The notes below the pieces were generated by a model. That model ran no database searches. It saw nothing but the letters and a program-made list of their open reading frames with translations, and had not been told where the DNA came from. A stretch of 64,000 nucleotides of DNA from IMG/VR virus record IMGVR_UViG_3300021401_000002, one strand, 5' to 3'. The DNA is from an uncultured virus (IMG/VR IMGVR_UViG_3300021401_000002) (taxonomy: Duplodnaviria; Heunggongvirae; Uroviricota; Caudoviricetes). Numbering within the stretch: position 1 is the first letter of the stretch; every line of letters starts with the position of its first letter. The position numbers were made by a program, and so were the translations under genes. Below are positions 9,841-19,823 of the stretch, in pieces.

Positions 9841-10209
9841 ATGCAAGGCCCACCTCCACCGCCAGGGTACCGACCTCCGCAACCTTCGTACGGTCAAGTA
9901 CCCACGGACACGTACGGGCAACCACTGTCGCAACAATACCCGATGGTGCAGCAACAGCCTGGGTATCCAATGCAACAGCCGCAACAGATGCAGCCCGGGT
10001 ATCCACAGCCGCAACAATACCAACAGCCCTACCCGCAGCAACAAGCTCCGCCCGTGATGGTTGTCGTTCAGCAACATCAACATCAGATGCAGGCGCAAAC
10101 CACGTACATCGTCAAAGCCCCGTTCTCACACGGCCTACACATCGTGCTCGATATCTTCACGTGCGGCGCGTGGATACCGATTCACTTGATCTGTTGGGCC
10201 ATTCACTAG
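9841..10209 (+). CDS. Pro/Gln/Tyr-rich protein with C-terminal membrane segment
   Basis: PGYPMQQ-like repeats; HGLHIVLDIFTCGAWIPIHL. Confidence 0.65.
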   Translation: MQGPPPPPGYRPPQPSYGQVPTDTYGQPLSQQYPMVQQQPGYPMQQPQQMQPGYPQPQQYQQPYPQQQAPPVMVVVQQHQHQMQAQTTYIVKAPFSHGLHIVLDIFTCGAWIPIHLICWAIH

Positions 10210-10453
10210 CGAATGCTGGCCGTTGATGCCCGGGACGACGCGTAAGAAGCGCCCGAAGTCTTCCGAGCCGCAACCCTATGAATCGCCACCGAAGTCCGCA
10301 CGCGTCTCGTGGAAGCAGTGGATTGTCGGAGGCGCGTGGCTCTTGGGCGCCTTCGTCGTGGTGGCGTGATGCTTTGCCCCGACCGGGCACACGTCCGTAT
10401 CGAATGCCACACGTAGCGATCCCGCACCCACGGCGGCGCCGATTGCCTCAGCG

Positions 10454-10530
10454 ATGAAGGTGACGGCGGCCCAGCTCTTCGCCGACTACCACGACAACGA
10501 GGTGCGCGCGGATTCCGTCTACCGAGGGAG
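10454..10530 (+). pseudogene. Truncated OB-fold (tRNA_anti-like) lipoprotein gene
   Basis: VTAAQLFADYHDNEVRADSVYRG motif, cut off where the IS66 remnant starts. Confidence 0.5.
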
Positions 10531-10745
10531 ACGAAGCCATCGAATGAGCAACGCGAAGAGCCGCGAGCGGCGCCGCCAGATGACTCGGTGCCGTCAATGC
10601 CTCCTTGGCCTCATGCTCGACACCGTAGACGGCGCCGATGAGGTCGAGTGACGGCGGGGTGCTCGCGTTGCTCGAAGAGCTTGCAGCGCGCATGAGCGAG
10701 ACATTCGGCGCGCGGTGACCTGGTTGCAACCAGTCAGCGTGTCGC
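10530..10745 (-). pseudogene. IS66 TnpC transposase remnant (frameshifted)
   Basis: TGCNQVT / ECLAHARCKLFE / LDLIGAVYGVEHEAK pieces in different frames. Confidence 0.7.
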
Positions 10746-10811
10746 GCGCTTCTCGGCCTTCTCCAGCGAGTTCAGAGCCTCGAAGAGATGGGCTTCGATC
10801 GCCAGAATTCT

Positions 10812-12360
10812 GGCTGTTCGGCCAAATCGGGGCCGCACAGGCGAGCGGTACTTGCATGATGCAACGAAGCAGTCATGCGACCTCTTGAATGGGAGCGGGC
10901 AAACCGAGCGCGAGGAAGCGCAAGATGCCCTGGCGATTGCGAACGGGGTTGGCCGTGAGGAATCGAAGTTTGCGTAGTAGGTAGTCATGGTTTCGATAGC
11001 CTCTGCCGCGACGGACGAGTGTCTCCCAGTTGCCGTTGAGCGCTTCGATGCGGCCGGTGGGCGGGTGATGTTCGCCGAGCGCAACGATGGCGTCGAAGTG
11101 TTTGCGGAGCGAGTCGTGGAGCTTGCGCATCGGGACGTTCGTTCGCTTCTCGGTGCGATAGAGCACGTGCCGAAGGCCGGCCACCATCGAGTCCCTGTCG
11201 GGCGCTTTGAGCACACCGCGCAGCTCCTCGACGACTTGGTAGGCGCGGGCGAGTTTGCCATTGAGCGAGAAGAGCCGATGAAGGCGCAGCTTGTCCGTGG
11301 CGCTCGTGCGCTCCCAGGCACGCAGCACGAGCCATCGCGTCCCACGACCGACCTCGCGCAGCTCGAGGCTCGCGCGGAAGAAGATGCTGCGGCGAAGCTC
11401 GGTGATGGCCTCACCCGCGCGCTTCATCACATGAAACGGATCGTGGACGACGGGTGCGTGCGCGAGCAACGGGTCGGCGCGGATCGCCGCGGCGAAGGGA
11501 GCGTGCATGTCGGAGGCGAAGAGGCGAATGGCGGCTTTTCGCTCGGGCGAAAGCGAAGCGAGCCACGTTGCGAGCGTCGCCTCGCCGCGACCGTAGCCGA
11601 TCCAAACGGGCTCGCCGCTCTCAAGGTTGCTGACGATTGTGACGAACTTCTCGGTGCGCTTATGGCGACGACCGAGCCACTTCTCGTCGATACCGACTTG
11701 GTGAAGCGGCTGCGGCTCGCGCGTGCGTTCCCAACGTGCGAGCGCATCCGCTTCTGCGCGTCGCACCGTACGCCAGCTCAGTGCGTACTTCGTCGCGACA
11801 TGCGAGAGCGGCATCGAGTAGGCGTCGAGCGCAAGATGATGCTGGAGACGCCCCGTCTGACGCTGCTTCGGCTCCGCCCACGGCAGCCTCTCGGTCGCAT
11901 GCGCGCCGCACCGCGGACACTTCAAGCGCACTGCCGCGTACTCGATCCGAACCCGGTGGCCGGCCCACGGCAGATCCTCCCACCGTCGTGTGGCGCGGCG
12001 CTCGTGTGTGCGGCCCGAGACAATCGTCATGCACTGACCGCACCGTGGGAGCCATCGCCGCACAAGCACGAGAACGAGCACGGCACCCGCAGGCACGAAG
12101 CCCGGCTCGATGCATTCGCCTTGCGGCGCCTCCCACTTTGCGTCGTGCACATTGAACCCTCGAAACCCGACAATCTCTGTGAGAATCTTTCCTCGCTGAC
12201 CCATCGCGGCACGCTCCCGGTTGTTTGCACATCCAAGAGATCGCCACCGCAATTCGGCGGAGTCGATGGGTCGGCGCTATCTTTTACGCGAGGCCGAGAA
12301 TGCCGCCCATTTCACGCGAGCGCTCCAGCGTCACGTGCGCCCCCATTTGGCCGAAGAGCG
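10812..12360 (-). mobile_element. ISL3-family insertion sequence
   Basis: Imperfect ~26-bp terminal IRs (GGCTGTTCGGCCAAATCGGGG vs CGCTCTTCGGCCAAATGGGGG on the opposite strand) flanking the transposase. Confidence 0.85.
10873..12204 (-). CDS. ISL3 transposase
   Basis: CxxC zinc finger, GIDE, SDMH, HDPFHV and IEALNG motifs; intact ORF. Confidence 0.93.
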   Translation of the reverse strand: MGQRGKILTEIVGFRGFNVHDAKWEAPQGECIEPGFVPAGAVLVLVLVRRWLPRCGQCMTIVSGRTHERRATRRWEDLPWAGHRVRIEYAAVRLKCPRCGAHATERLPWAEPKQRQTGRLQHHLALDAYSMPLSHVATKYALSWRTVRRAEADALARWERTREPQPLHQVGIDEKWLGRRHKRTEKFVTIVSNLESGEPVWIGYGRGEATLATWLASLSPERKAAIRLFASDMHAPFAAAIRADPLLAHAPVVHDPFHVMKRAGEAITELRRSIFFRASLELREVGRGTRWLVLRAWERTSATDKLRLHRLFSLNGKLARAYQVVEELRGVLKAPDRDSMVAGLRHVLYRTEKRTNVPMRKLHDSLRKHFDAIVALGEHHPPTGRIEALNGNWETLVRRGRGYRNHDYLLRKLRFLTANPVRNRQGILRFLALGLPAPIQEVA

Positions 12361-12635
12361 AAAAATCCACGCTCCTCGGCGGCAGCACCCACAGGAGTCC
12401 AGAGCGCGGGATCGACGTCACGCTCGAACGAGGTGATGAAGTGCTGTGACAGCCACGTGGCGACCTGTGCCGTGGAGGAATCGATCGGAGGCATCGGTTA
12501 CTGTGAATCCACGGTATCGACGATGCAAACGAATCGGCCGGCCTGGCATCACGGGGTCCCTGTCCTATGGTTGTCCGTCCTCCAGCAGCGTATCTGGTGA
12601 CGGTGACGAAGCAGAATCGACGCGCGTTGCTGCTC

Positions 12636-13004
12636 ATGAGGTTCGTGCGAAGGCTTACGCGCGAGCGCGACAAGACATGGTCGACGTTCTACCGCACCGT
12701 GAGCCCGAGCGAACTGGACGACATCGAGGCGCATGGTGGGCGTCGGCTGCGACCAGGACCTTTCGGCGTGGAGGGGAAATACCTGTGGCGTTCGTGGGCG
12801 AACGCCGTCGCGTTCGGCTATGCGGTCACGTCACTCGGCTGGCACGGCTTCACCGCCGAGTTCTTCGTGGTAGAGGTGATTTTCGGTCGCAGCGGTACCC
12901 GCAAGTTTGGGCAGCACGTCGATAAGATCGGGCCAGCGTACTTCGCTGACCCGGACCAGCTACAATATGTCGTCTCGGTTCGGCGCCGAGGGAGGTTCGA
13001 ATGA
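12636..13004 (+). CDS. Orphan polymorphic-toxin C-terminal-like domain (ART-like)
   Basis: FYRTVSPSELDDI...EGKYLW...A..FG...VVEV pattern reminiscent of Rhs toxin tips; start uncertain. Confidence 0.45.
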   Translation: MRFVRRLTRERDKTWSTFYRTVSPSELDDIEAHGGRRLRPGPFGVEGKYLWRSWANAVAFGYAVTSLGWHGFTAEFFVVEVIFGRSGTRKFGQHVDKIGPAYFADPDQLQYVVSVRRRGRFE

Positions 13005-13387
13005 AACACCACGTGCATGCACGAATCACCTTCGCCAACACGGTCGCCCGTCCCATAGGACCGTTCCTCGCGGTCGCTAAGCTTCCGTCAGACGAGCCTG
13101 GCAATCCCTGCGGCCAGTGGGACCTCGCCGTGGATCCAGTGTTCGACCTGCAAGGCGCATCACCGCCCGCTACGATTCCTGCGTTCGTCGACTTCGTGTC
13201 GGCAGCCGCCCCACGCGGCGAGCTCGCGCAGGGAGCAAGCTTCGATCTTTACTACGGCTTCAAGTGCGTCGCGCGTGCTGAGGTGGTCAGCGTCGCTGCG
13301 AACGTGCCTCCGGTAGAAGCGACCGAACGACACGTCGACCGCCTCGGTGCGGGTTGTGAAACAGTTGCACGGAGCGTAACGGGGTGA
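13001..13387 (+). CDS. Putative immunity protein, EF-Tu domain III-like beta-barrel
   Basis: ATGA overlap; V.FV...AP...L..GASFDLY.G.K.VARAEV. Confidence 0.45.
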   Translation: MKHHVHARITFANTVARPIGPFLAVAKLPSDEPGNPCGQWDLAVDPVFDLQGASPPATIPAFVDFVSAAAPRGELAQGASFDLYYGFKCVARAEVVSVAANVPPVEATERHVDRLGAGCETVARSVTG

Positions 13388-13400
13388 TACGGTGGGTTTT

Positions 13401-13814
13401 ATGAGTGACGAAGCATCCGGTCCCAGAGCAGGTTCCATTCTCGAACGTTACCGCTGGAAGAAGGTCCTTGCTCCGAAGTCCTGGCTTCCAAAACTTCCAG
13501 GGACCGAGCTTGCTGGCTTTTACGCAGGTCGCACCATGCGTAACGGGAGATGGGGTCAGTACGAAGTCGTGCTCGTAGTTGTACCAGCGAAAGGCGCCTA
13601 CATGGTGTCGGGTTGTCAAATTATTCAGTTGTTAGATGCTGCGATGATTGAAGTCGGGCATCCAATTCGAATTATCTTCAACGGTCATCAAGTCACGGAA
13701 AGCGACTTATGTGGTGAAGAACGACGCATGAAGTTGTTCGAGGTCTTTGTAGCTGAGGGCGATCCCATTGCCCCTTCAGAGATGCCAAGCGTCGATGTCG
13801 AGGTACCTCAATGA
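13401..13814 (+). CDS. Putative OB-fold protein resembling 2551-3099
   Basis: WLPKLPGTELAG...IRIIFNG...MKLFEVFV. Confidence 0.5.
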   Translation: MSDEASGPRAGSILERYRWKKVLAPKSWLPKLPGTELAGFYAGRTMRNGRWGQYEVVLVVVPAKGAYMVSGCQIIQLLDAAMIEVGHPIRIIFNGHQVTESDLCGEERRMKLFEVFVAEGDPIAPSEMPSVDVEVPQ

Positions 13815-13821
13815 GGAAATC

Positions 13822-13983
13822 ATGAAGCTGAAACGAATAGAGCTTTACGTTGAACCGGTCACCGAGAAAGCGTTGAGAGAAGCTGCTGTTCGAGATGGTC
13901 GAACCGTATCGAATTATATCGCTCGCGTGCTCGACGAATATGTCGAGACGTTTTTGACGGCTCGCAAACGAAAGAAAGAGTAG
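13822..13983 (+). CDS. CopG/ribbon-helix-helix regulator
   Basis: KRIELYV...LREAAVRDGRTVSNYIARVL; GAGG SD. Confidence 0.8.
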   Translation: MKLKRIELYVEPVTEKALREAAVRDGRTVSNYIARVLDEYVETFLTARKRKKE

Positions 13984-13987
13984 AGCG

Positions 13988-15685
13988 GTGCAGGTCAATC
14001 TCACCACTCGCGTCGGCGATCCTGAGCGCGGCGTTCTTATCGGCGTCGAGCTCGAAGCGGGACTTCACACGACGTTCAATACGATCTGCTCATCGTACGG
14101 CGATCAGCGCGGGGAGAGCTCGTATGAGGTTCCAGCACCGGCCGCGCTCGAGCTTGTCAAACTTTTGAAGAGGTACGGCGCGCTAGTAACCGTCGATCAT
14201 CCTTCGACGCAATCGACCGTGCTCATGCATTCGCCGCGCGACATCGGCGGTCCTAGCGGCGGAGAGGGACTCTTTATCTACCAGCGTCGAGGAGCCGAGT
14301 GGCTTCGAGCTCGCAGGCGCGCGCTCCTCGCAGATCAGATGGGCCTCGGGAAGACAGCGACCGCGCTTGCAGCACTCCCGCTTCATGCTGCGGCAATCAT
14401 CGTGTGCCCACCCGTTGTCGTTGGAGCCTGGTACAACGAGGCACGACGCTGGCGCAAGGATCTCGCTGTGCGCGATTGGAAGCAGCCCTGGTCGATGTTT
14501 CCTTCCAAGGGCGAGATTGTCATCGTTCCGTATTCGCGTCTTCCGTTCGAGTCGATTGAAGTGCGCGGAACGTACATTTGTGAAATGGCCGACGACGAGG
14601 TGAAGCCTTGTGACGGGAAGTACAAGGGCATCGTCGTACGCAAAGACGGCGCTGACGTTCTCGGCAAATGTCCCAAGTGCGCTTCGGATGCTCGACCACG
14701 ATTTGTGTACTCTACATGGATTGGTGAAGATGGTCCCAAGACGCCTTTCACGTTGATCCCCGACGAAGCCCACTACGCGAAGACGCCGCGCTCGAGGCGG
14801 ACGCTCACGCTTCGCGCTGTTGCTGCGCTTGCCGAAAAAACATGGGCTTTGACGGGCACACCGCTTTTGAATCATCCGCCCGAGCTTTGGGCGCTACTTC
14901 AGGTGTGCGAGTCGGGGGGTCGAGGAGCAGCGAAGGACGTGTTTGGTTCGTGGGCCGAGTTTGTGAAGCTCTTTGGCGGCAAAAAGAAATTCTTCGGCGG
15001 CTTCGATTGGCCTGGCGAGGTTCTCCCAGAGGGAACGGCACGGCTCGGCACAATCATGCTGAGGCGAACGCGTCGCGAGGTACTCCCGGAGCTCCCGGAG
15101 AAATCGTATCGCGTTCACATCTGCGGCAAATCCTCTCTGGGCAAGCTTCCTCCGTCGCCACTGCAAATTGAACAATTGGGTGACGACCAACTTCTTCAAG
15201 AGTGTGCCCCCGAAGGCATTCTCTCCTCGCACCGCCGTCAGCTCGCAGAGGCCAAAATCAAGGAGATGACCTCTTTGGTTGAGCAGTACGAAGAGAACGA
15301 CGAGCCTCTCGTCGTCTTCTCGGCCCACCGCGCCCCTATCCTCGCGCTCCTCGGTCGCAAGGGCTGGGGCGTCATCACGGGCGATACCTCGGCACCTGAG
15401 CGTACGGGTCTCGTCGCAGACTTCCAGGCTGGGAAGCTTCGAGGGATCGCGGGAACGATTGGCGCGGCCGGAGTCGGAATCACGCTCACGCGCTCCGCAC
15501 ACGTGCTCTTCGTGGACCGTTCGTACGTGCCCGCGGAGAACCTTCAAGCCGAGGATCGAACATGTCGCATCGGACAAACGCGCGGCGTCCTCATCACGAC
15601 CATGGTTGCCGAGCACGCTGTGGATCGCCGAGTTGCCGAGGTGCTCGAACGCAAAGAAGCGATGTTGAGAGAGGCGGGACTATGA
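13988..15685 (+). CDS. SNF2-family (SF2) helicase/translocase
   Basis: LADQMGLGKT, DEAH, LTGTP, GVGITLT, QAEDR..RIGQ. Confidence 0.95.
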   Translation: MQVNLTTRVGDPERGVLIGVELEAGLHTTFNTICSSYGDQRGESSYEVPAPAALELVKLLKRYGALVTVDHPSTQSTVLMHSPRDIGGPSGGEGLFIYQRRGAEWLRARRRALLADQMGLGKTATALAALPLHAAAIIVCPPVVVGAWYNEARRWRKDLAVRDWKQPWSMFPSKGEIVIVPYSRLPFESIEVRGTYICEMADDEVKPCDGKYKGIVVRKDGADVLGKCPKCASDARPRFVYSTWIGEDGPKTPFTLIPDEAHYAKTPRSRRTLTLRAVAALAEKTWALTGTPLLNHPPELWALLQVCESGGRGAAKDVFGSWAEFVKLFGGKKKFFGGFDWPGEVLPEGTARLGTIMLRRTRREVLPELPEKSYRVHICGKSSLGKLPPSPLQIEQLGDDQLLQECAPEGILSSHRRQLAEAKIKEMTSLVEQYEENDEPLVVFSAHRAPILALLGRKGWGVITGDTSAPERTGLVADFQAGKLRGIAGTIGAAGVGITLTRSAHVLFVDRSYVPAENLQAEDRTCRIGQTRGVLITTMVAEHAVDRRVAEVLERKEAMLREAGL

Positions 15686-16368
15686 AAACGAAAATGTTCT
15701 CGTGGCCTGATAACCCAATTCCCGACGCAAATCTTCGTAACGTGGCAGAGGAAGCAGAACGTTGCACCAAGAGCGGCACCGATCTCTTCATCATGTCTCA
15801 AACGGTCGGCGCTATTGCACGAGAGCTTTTGGAGTGCCGACTGAAGCTGAGAGAGGCGGGGTTGTGATCACTGTGGTCAATACGCTCAAACTCTATGAAG
15901 TCGACGGAATCGAAACACGTCCCGTTGAACCTCCAAGTGTTCGTATCGAGTCGCATTGGAACAATTCCAATCTCGTCGTTCTCATTGTAGGCGATAAGCG
16001 CTACACACTTGTAGCGCGCGATCTGATGGCTGCAATCGGCAACGCAACCAATACGGGGCGCTAAATCATGGCAGACCGAATTTTGAAGACGTACACTCAT
16101 CATCGCTGGCATATTCAGCGCATCGAGCAACTTGGCAAAGTGTCTTTTGAAATGCTTTGTCCTCGTAACGAGCATCGCTTTGAGTTGCCTGTTGATGAGG
16201 ACGAATTAGCTGGTCTCGCAGACACGATTAGGCGTGCGCTAGAGGGGAAATGAAAGATTCGAGTGCAGTCATCGTTGCGATCATTGCTGCGGCTTTGATG
16301 GTGAGCTTTTCGATTACGGTAGCCGCATATCAGTTGAGCGGCGAAATCCTCATGCACGGGTGTAAGTA

Positions 16369-16734
16369 ATGAAAGCTATCCTGGTCACTGGCGGTCGCAA
16401 CTACGGGAACATGGACCACGTGTACCGCGTGCTCGACGCTGCAAAGCCCGACTTCCTCATCCAGGGTGGCTGCCCCACAGGCGCCGACGCGTTTGCGCGT
16501 AACTGGGCCGAAAACCGCGGCGTCCAGTACGCGACGGTGCCGGCTCTCTGGAACAAGCTCGGAAAGCCTGCAGGGCCTCTTCGGAATTCGGCGATGGTGA
16601 TGCTCTTGAAGGCCCTCGAAGCCTCGAAGATGGAGTGCGTTGTCTACGCGTTTCCGGGCGGAGTGGGCACCACGAATTGCGTCAGCGTTGCTCGTGGCAG
16701 CGGGCTCTTGGTCGAGGAGAAGGTGGACACATGA
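16369..16734 (+). CDS. SLOG superfamily protein (DUF2493/YspA-like)
   Basis: ILVTGGRNY, GGCPTGAD, AGPLRN..M, AFPGG.GT. Confidence 0.85.
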   Translation: MKAILVTGGRNYGNMDHVYRVLDAAKPDFLIQGGCPTGADAFARNWAENRGVQYATVPALWNKLGKPAGPLRNSAMVMLLKALEASKMECVVYAFPGGVGTTNCVSVARGSGLLVEEKVDT

Positions 16735-17254
16735 GCGAGTTCAGTTGTCGCCGACCATGCCACGGTGATTGGGACTTCTGCGAAGAGCACGGTAAGAAGC
16801 GATGAGCTACTTCTACATCGCCCTCGTTTCAACCGTTGTTGGATTGCTCATCGCGCTCGTAGTTCGACGCGCTCCTGCGAAGAAGTCGTCTGAGCCTGTA
16901 TGCTGTCGAGCAAAGGAAATTGATGGGTGCCATGACGCACCTGACAGGCAGTGTGCTCATGGCTTGTGCATGGTGCACTGCGTGTGCTGGTGTCGAGGGG
17001 TGCACGAATGACGGTGGAGGATACATGAAACGTCCGAGTCAGTTTGCATTGGGAGTCTTTGCTGGAACCTTTGCTTCTGCAGTAGTCCATGGGATTTTTC
17101 AAGATGCCTATGGTGGCCGCGAAGGTTACATCCAACATCTCAAGACGATGTCTTCATGGGAATGGTTGGATCCGCCTTGGAGTATTTTGTTTATTGTTGC
17201 TTGCGTGATCATATCCACGGGTTGCATCGCTGTAGCTGTCTTTTCGAGGCGAGA

Positions 17255-17641
17255 ATGACCACTCAGAAAGACGTTCAACGCATCGTGGTTCTCTTGGGGC
17301 GACAAGTTGCCGCGTTCGAACGCATCGCGTGCGCTCTTGAAGAAGAACGACAAAAAGATTCCATCTTTCCCGTCACGTTTGGCGGTGTTTATGAGGTCGA
17401 CACCATCTTCAAGAGCGTCAACATCCTCGATCTCTCCGTTCGCGCCGCGAACATACTCGATGCTGCGGGTATCAAGCTCATCGGCGACTTGATTCAGCTT
17501 TCGGAGGACCAGGTTGGAGTCTTCAAAAACTCTGGCGCCAAAGTCATCACAGGTATCAACGTGGCTTTGAACGAATACGGACTTCGTCTTGGTACGCCAA
17601 TTCCATTCAAGTGGAAAGAACGCAGCGAGAGGTATCGATGA
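17255..17641 (+). CDS. Protein with RNA polymerase alpha C-terminal domain
   Basis: LDLSVRAANIL.AAGI..IGDLIQLSE......KN.GAK....I...L...GLRLG. Confidence 0.85.
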   Translation: MTTQKDVQRIVVLLGRQVAAFERIACALEEERQKDSIFPVTFGGVYEVDTIFKSVNILDLSVRAANILDAAGIKLIGDLIQLSEDQVGVFKNSGAKVITGINVALNEYGLRLGTPIPFKWKERSERYR

Positions 17642-17981
17642 CTTCTTGCGAGCATTGCGGAACAGAGTTTTTTGATAAGAGCGATTTAGCTAGTGATCAC
17701 TCGTTGGCCTCTTGTCGCGACGCTCTTGTCTTGAAACTTGCTCAAACAGACAAGGCACGCATCGAAGCTCACGAAGCACGCAATCGCGTAGCTGCTGTAA
17801 GAGACGAGTACGCGTGTCTTATCAACACACTGACTGATGATTGGAAAACTATGCAACTTGCGTTGCATTTGATTTCTATCAATACATATGCGCTTGAGCA
17901 TTGTGCTGAGTGGACGAAGAAAACAGCTACGGATGCGCTCGCTAGATTGAAAGCGTCCAATGCGGAATTTGAGAGGTACCG

Positions 17982-18200
17982 ATGAAGAAAATCATCACCA
18001 AAGGAACTGATTCCTACAAGGCGTCATGCGCCGGGTGCGGAACGGCGTTCACGTACGAGCGCGAGGACGTGCACCACAACTACATACGCGGCGGAGACTG
18101 GGTTTCATGCCCGCATTGCAGTCACGACCATCGACACTTCGGTGCTGGTCAATGGGATCGTTCTGGCTTCGGCTGTTACACGAGCATCAGACTCCCATGA
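17982..18200 (+). CDS. Small zinc-ribbon protein
   Basis: CxxC...CPxC. Confidence 0.6.
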   Translation: MKKIITKGTDSYKASCAGCGTAFTYEREDVHHNYIRGGDWVSCPHCSHDHRHFGAGQWDRSGFGCYTSIRLP

Positions 18201-18967
18201 AAAAGGCGAAGACCTCTTCGAAAACCTCTTCGCGGTCGCGCCGTGCGCCGCGCACCATTCACGGTCGATGCGTGCGCGTCGATCTTTCGTACGTGCTCGA
18301 CATGGGCCGCGACTTCCACGTGAGCGGCCTGCCTCACGAGGTCGTGGGTCTCAAAGACGACGCTGGCGGTCTCATCCTCCGCGGGCTCGTACACGCGTCG
18401 ACACCGTTCCGTGTGCGCTACGAGCTCGGTGACATCAAGCTCGTGCCGTCTTCGATCAAGCTTGCGATCAAGGTGGTCAGGGTAGCGCGAGCGAAGACCT
18501 CTTCTGCGAGGCGGCGATGAGCCAAAGGTATGCGCTACATACCAGTGTGATTGGCAAGTTCACTTGCCATTACAGCGGCGGCTTGTCCAAGAGGTTCTGG
18601 AAGCACATCAATTCGCTTCCGTATCCACAACGTTCGCAGCTCTATGCAATGGGCTGCATACTGCAAAACGTCGAGACTGCTATTTTGCGCGAGCTTGCGG
18701 AGGTTCAAGGAGAGGTTTCAATGGTTTCAATGGTTTCGATGAAGAAACAAAAATCGAAGCCCTCTTCAAAGCATGTTCACTCTTCGAAGAGATCATGACG
18801 AAGCCCGTGAAGAAAAAGCTGGAGTTTGTTCCAGTGAACAGCATGGCCGAACCGTGTGAGTGCTGTACGCGCAATGCAAGACGTCGAGGGGTACGCGTCG
18901 AAGACGTCTTTGGCACTTTTTATTATTGCGATGCTTGCATTACCAAACTTGCAAAAGCAAAGGCGTC

Positions 18968-19645
18968 ATGACCGAACGCACGAAGGACATTGCCGACGAG
19001 GGCCGTTACGACCTCGAAGCGCGCTGCGCTCGCGCTGAGTATCGACTCAAGCAAGTCGAAGGGATGCTTCGTCTGAGCGAGAATGATCGCAATGAAGCGC
19101 TTGGTCGGTACGACAGGCTCAAGACAGACTTCGTCGCGCTCAAACGGCAGATCTTGCCGCAAACGCTCAGCGAACAGGTCGCGGAATTCCATGCGGCGAT
19201 GGGACTGTCAGGTCTCGGTCCGTCTTCGTCGGAAGGGCCGAAGATCATTGCTGACGAACGTGTGAAGCTACGTGCATCGCTCATTGCAGAGGAATTTTTC
19301 GAAACGATGGACGCGATGTTTTCTATTTCGGTACCGGAAGGTCGAAGACCTCTTTTCTCAAATGTGCGTGATGATTTCATGTTCTGGCTAGGACGAGCTG
19401 GCCCTGTGAATATCAGAGTCGACCTGGTTTCGCTCGCGGATGGGCTCGCGGATCTCGATTACGTCGTTGAGGGTACTCGTCTTGAGTTCGGCATCGACGG
19501 CGCGCCCATCGCCGCCGAGGTGCATCGCGCGAACATGACCAAGGTGGGCGGGCCTAACCGAGAGGACGGTAAGCGCCTCAAGCCTCCTGGCTGGACGCCA
19601 CCTGACATCGAAGGCGAGCTCCGAAAGCAAGGGTGGAAGCCGTGA
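18968..19645 (+). CDS. MazG-like/PRA-PH nucleotide pyrophosphohydrolase
   Basis: VAEFH, LIAEE..E, DGLADLDYV..G, EVHRANMTK, REDGK.LKP. Confidence 0.88.
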   Translation: MTERTKDIADEGRYDLEARCARAEYRLKQVEGMLRLSENDRNEALGRYDRLKTDFVALKRQILPQTLSEQVAEFHAAMGLSGLGPSSSEGPKIIADERVKLRASLIAEEFFETMDAMFSISVPEGRRPLFSNVRDDFMFWLGRAGPVNIRVDLVSLADGLADLDYVVEGTRLEFGIDGAPIAAEVHRANMTKVGGPNREDGKRLKPPGWTPPDIEGELRKQGWKP

Positions 19646-19823
19646 CAGACGAAGAGTGGTACCGACTCCGTAACGACGATCCTCGAAAGTACGCGGGATG
19701 GATCGATCCGAACGCGACGAGCGAGAGCATTCGGAAGCGCTACAACCGCGGCCACTACTGGATCATCGCGGTCGACGACGCCGACGTGGGACTCGAACAC
19801 GCCATCGCACAGGGGAAGAGGCC

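Noticed and set aside
9841..10060. CAG/CCG-rich repeats as a non-coding array
   Set aside because: Explained by the Pro/Gln-rich low-complexity protein
10804..12368. ISL3 target-site duplication
   Set aside because: Flanks AGAATTCT and AAAAATCC match at only 5/8 positions
10987..12600. 537-aa + strand ORF
   Set aside because: Antisense shadow of the ISL3 transposase in GC-rich DNA
3222..13400. attL/attR direct repeats bounding the island
   Set aside because: No convincing shared sequence found by eye
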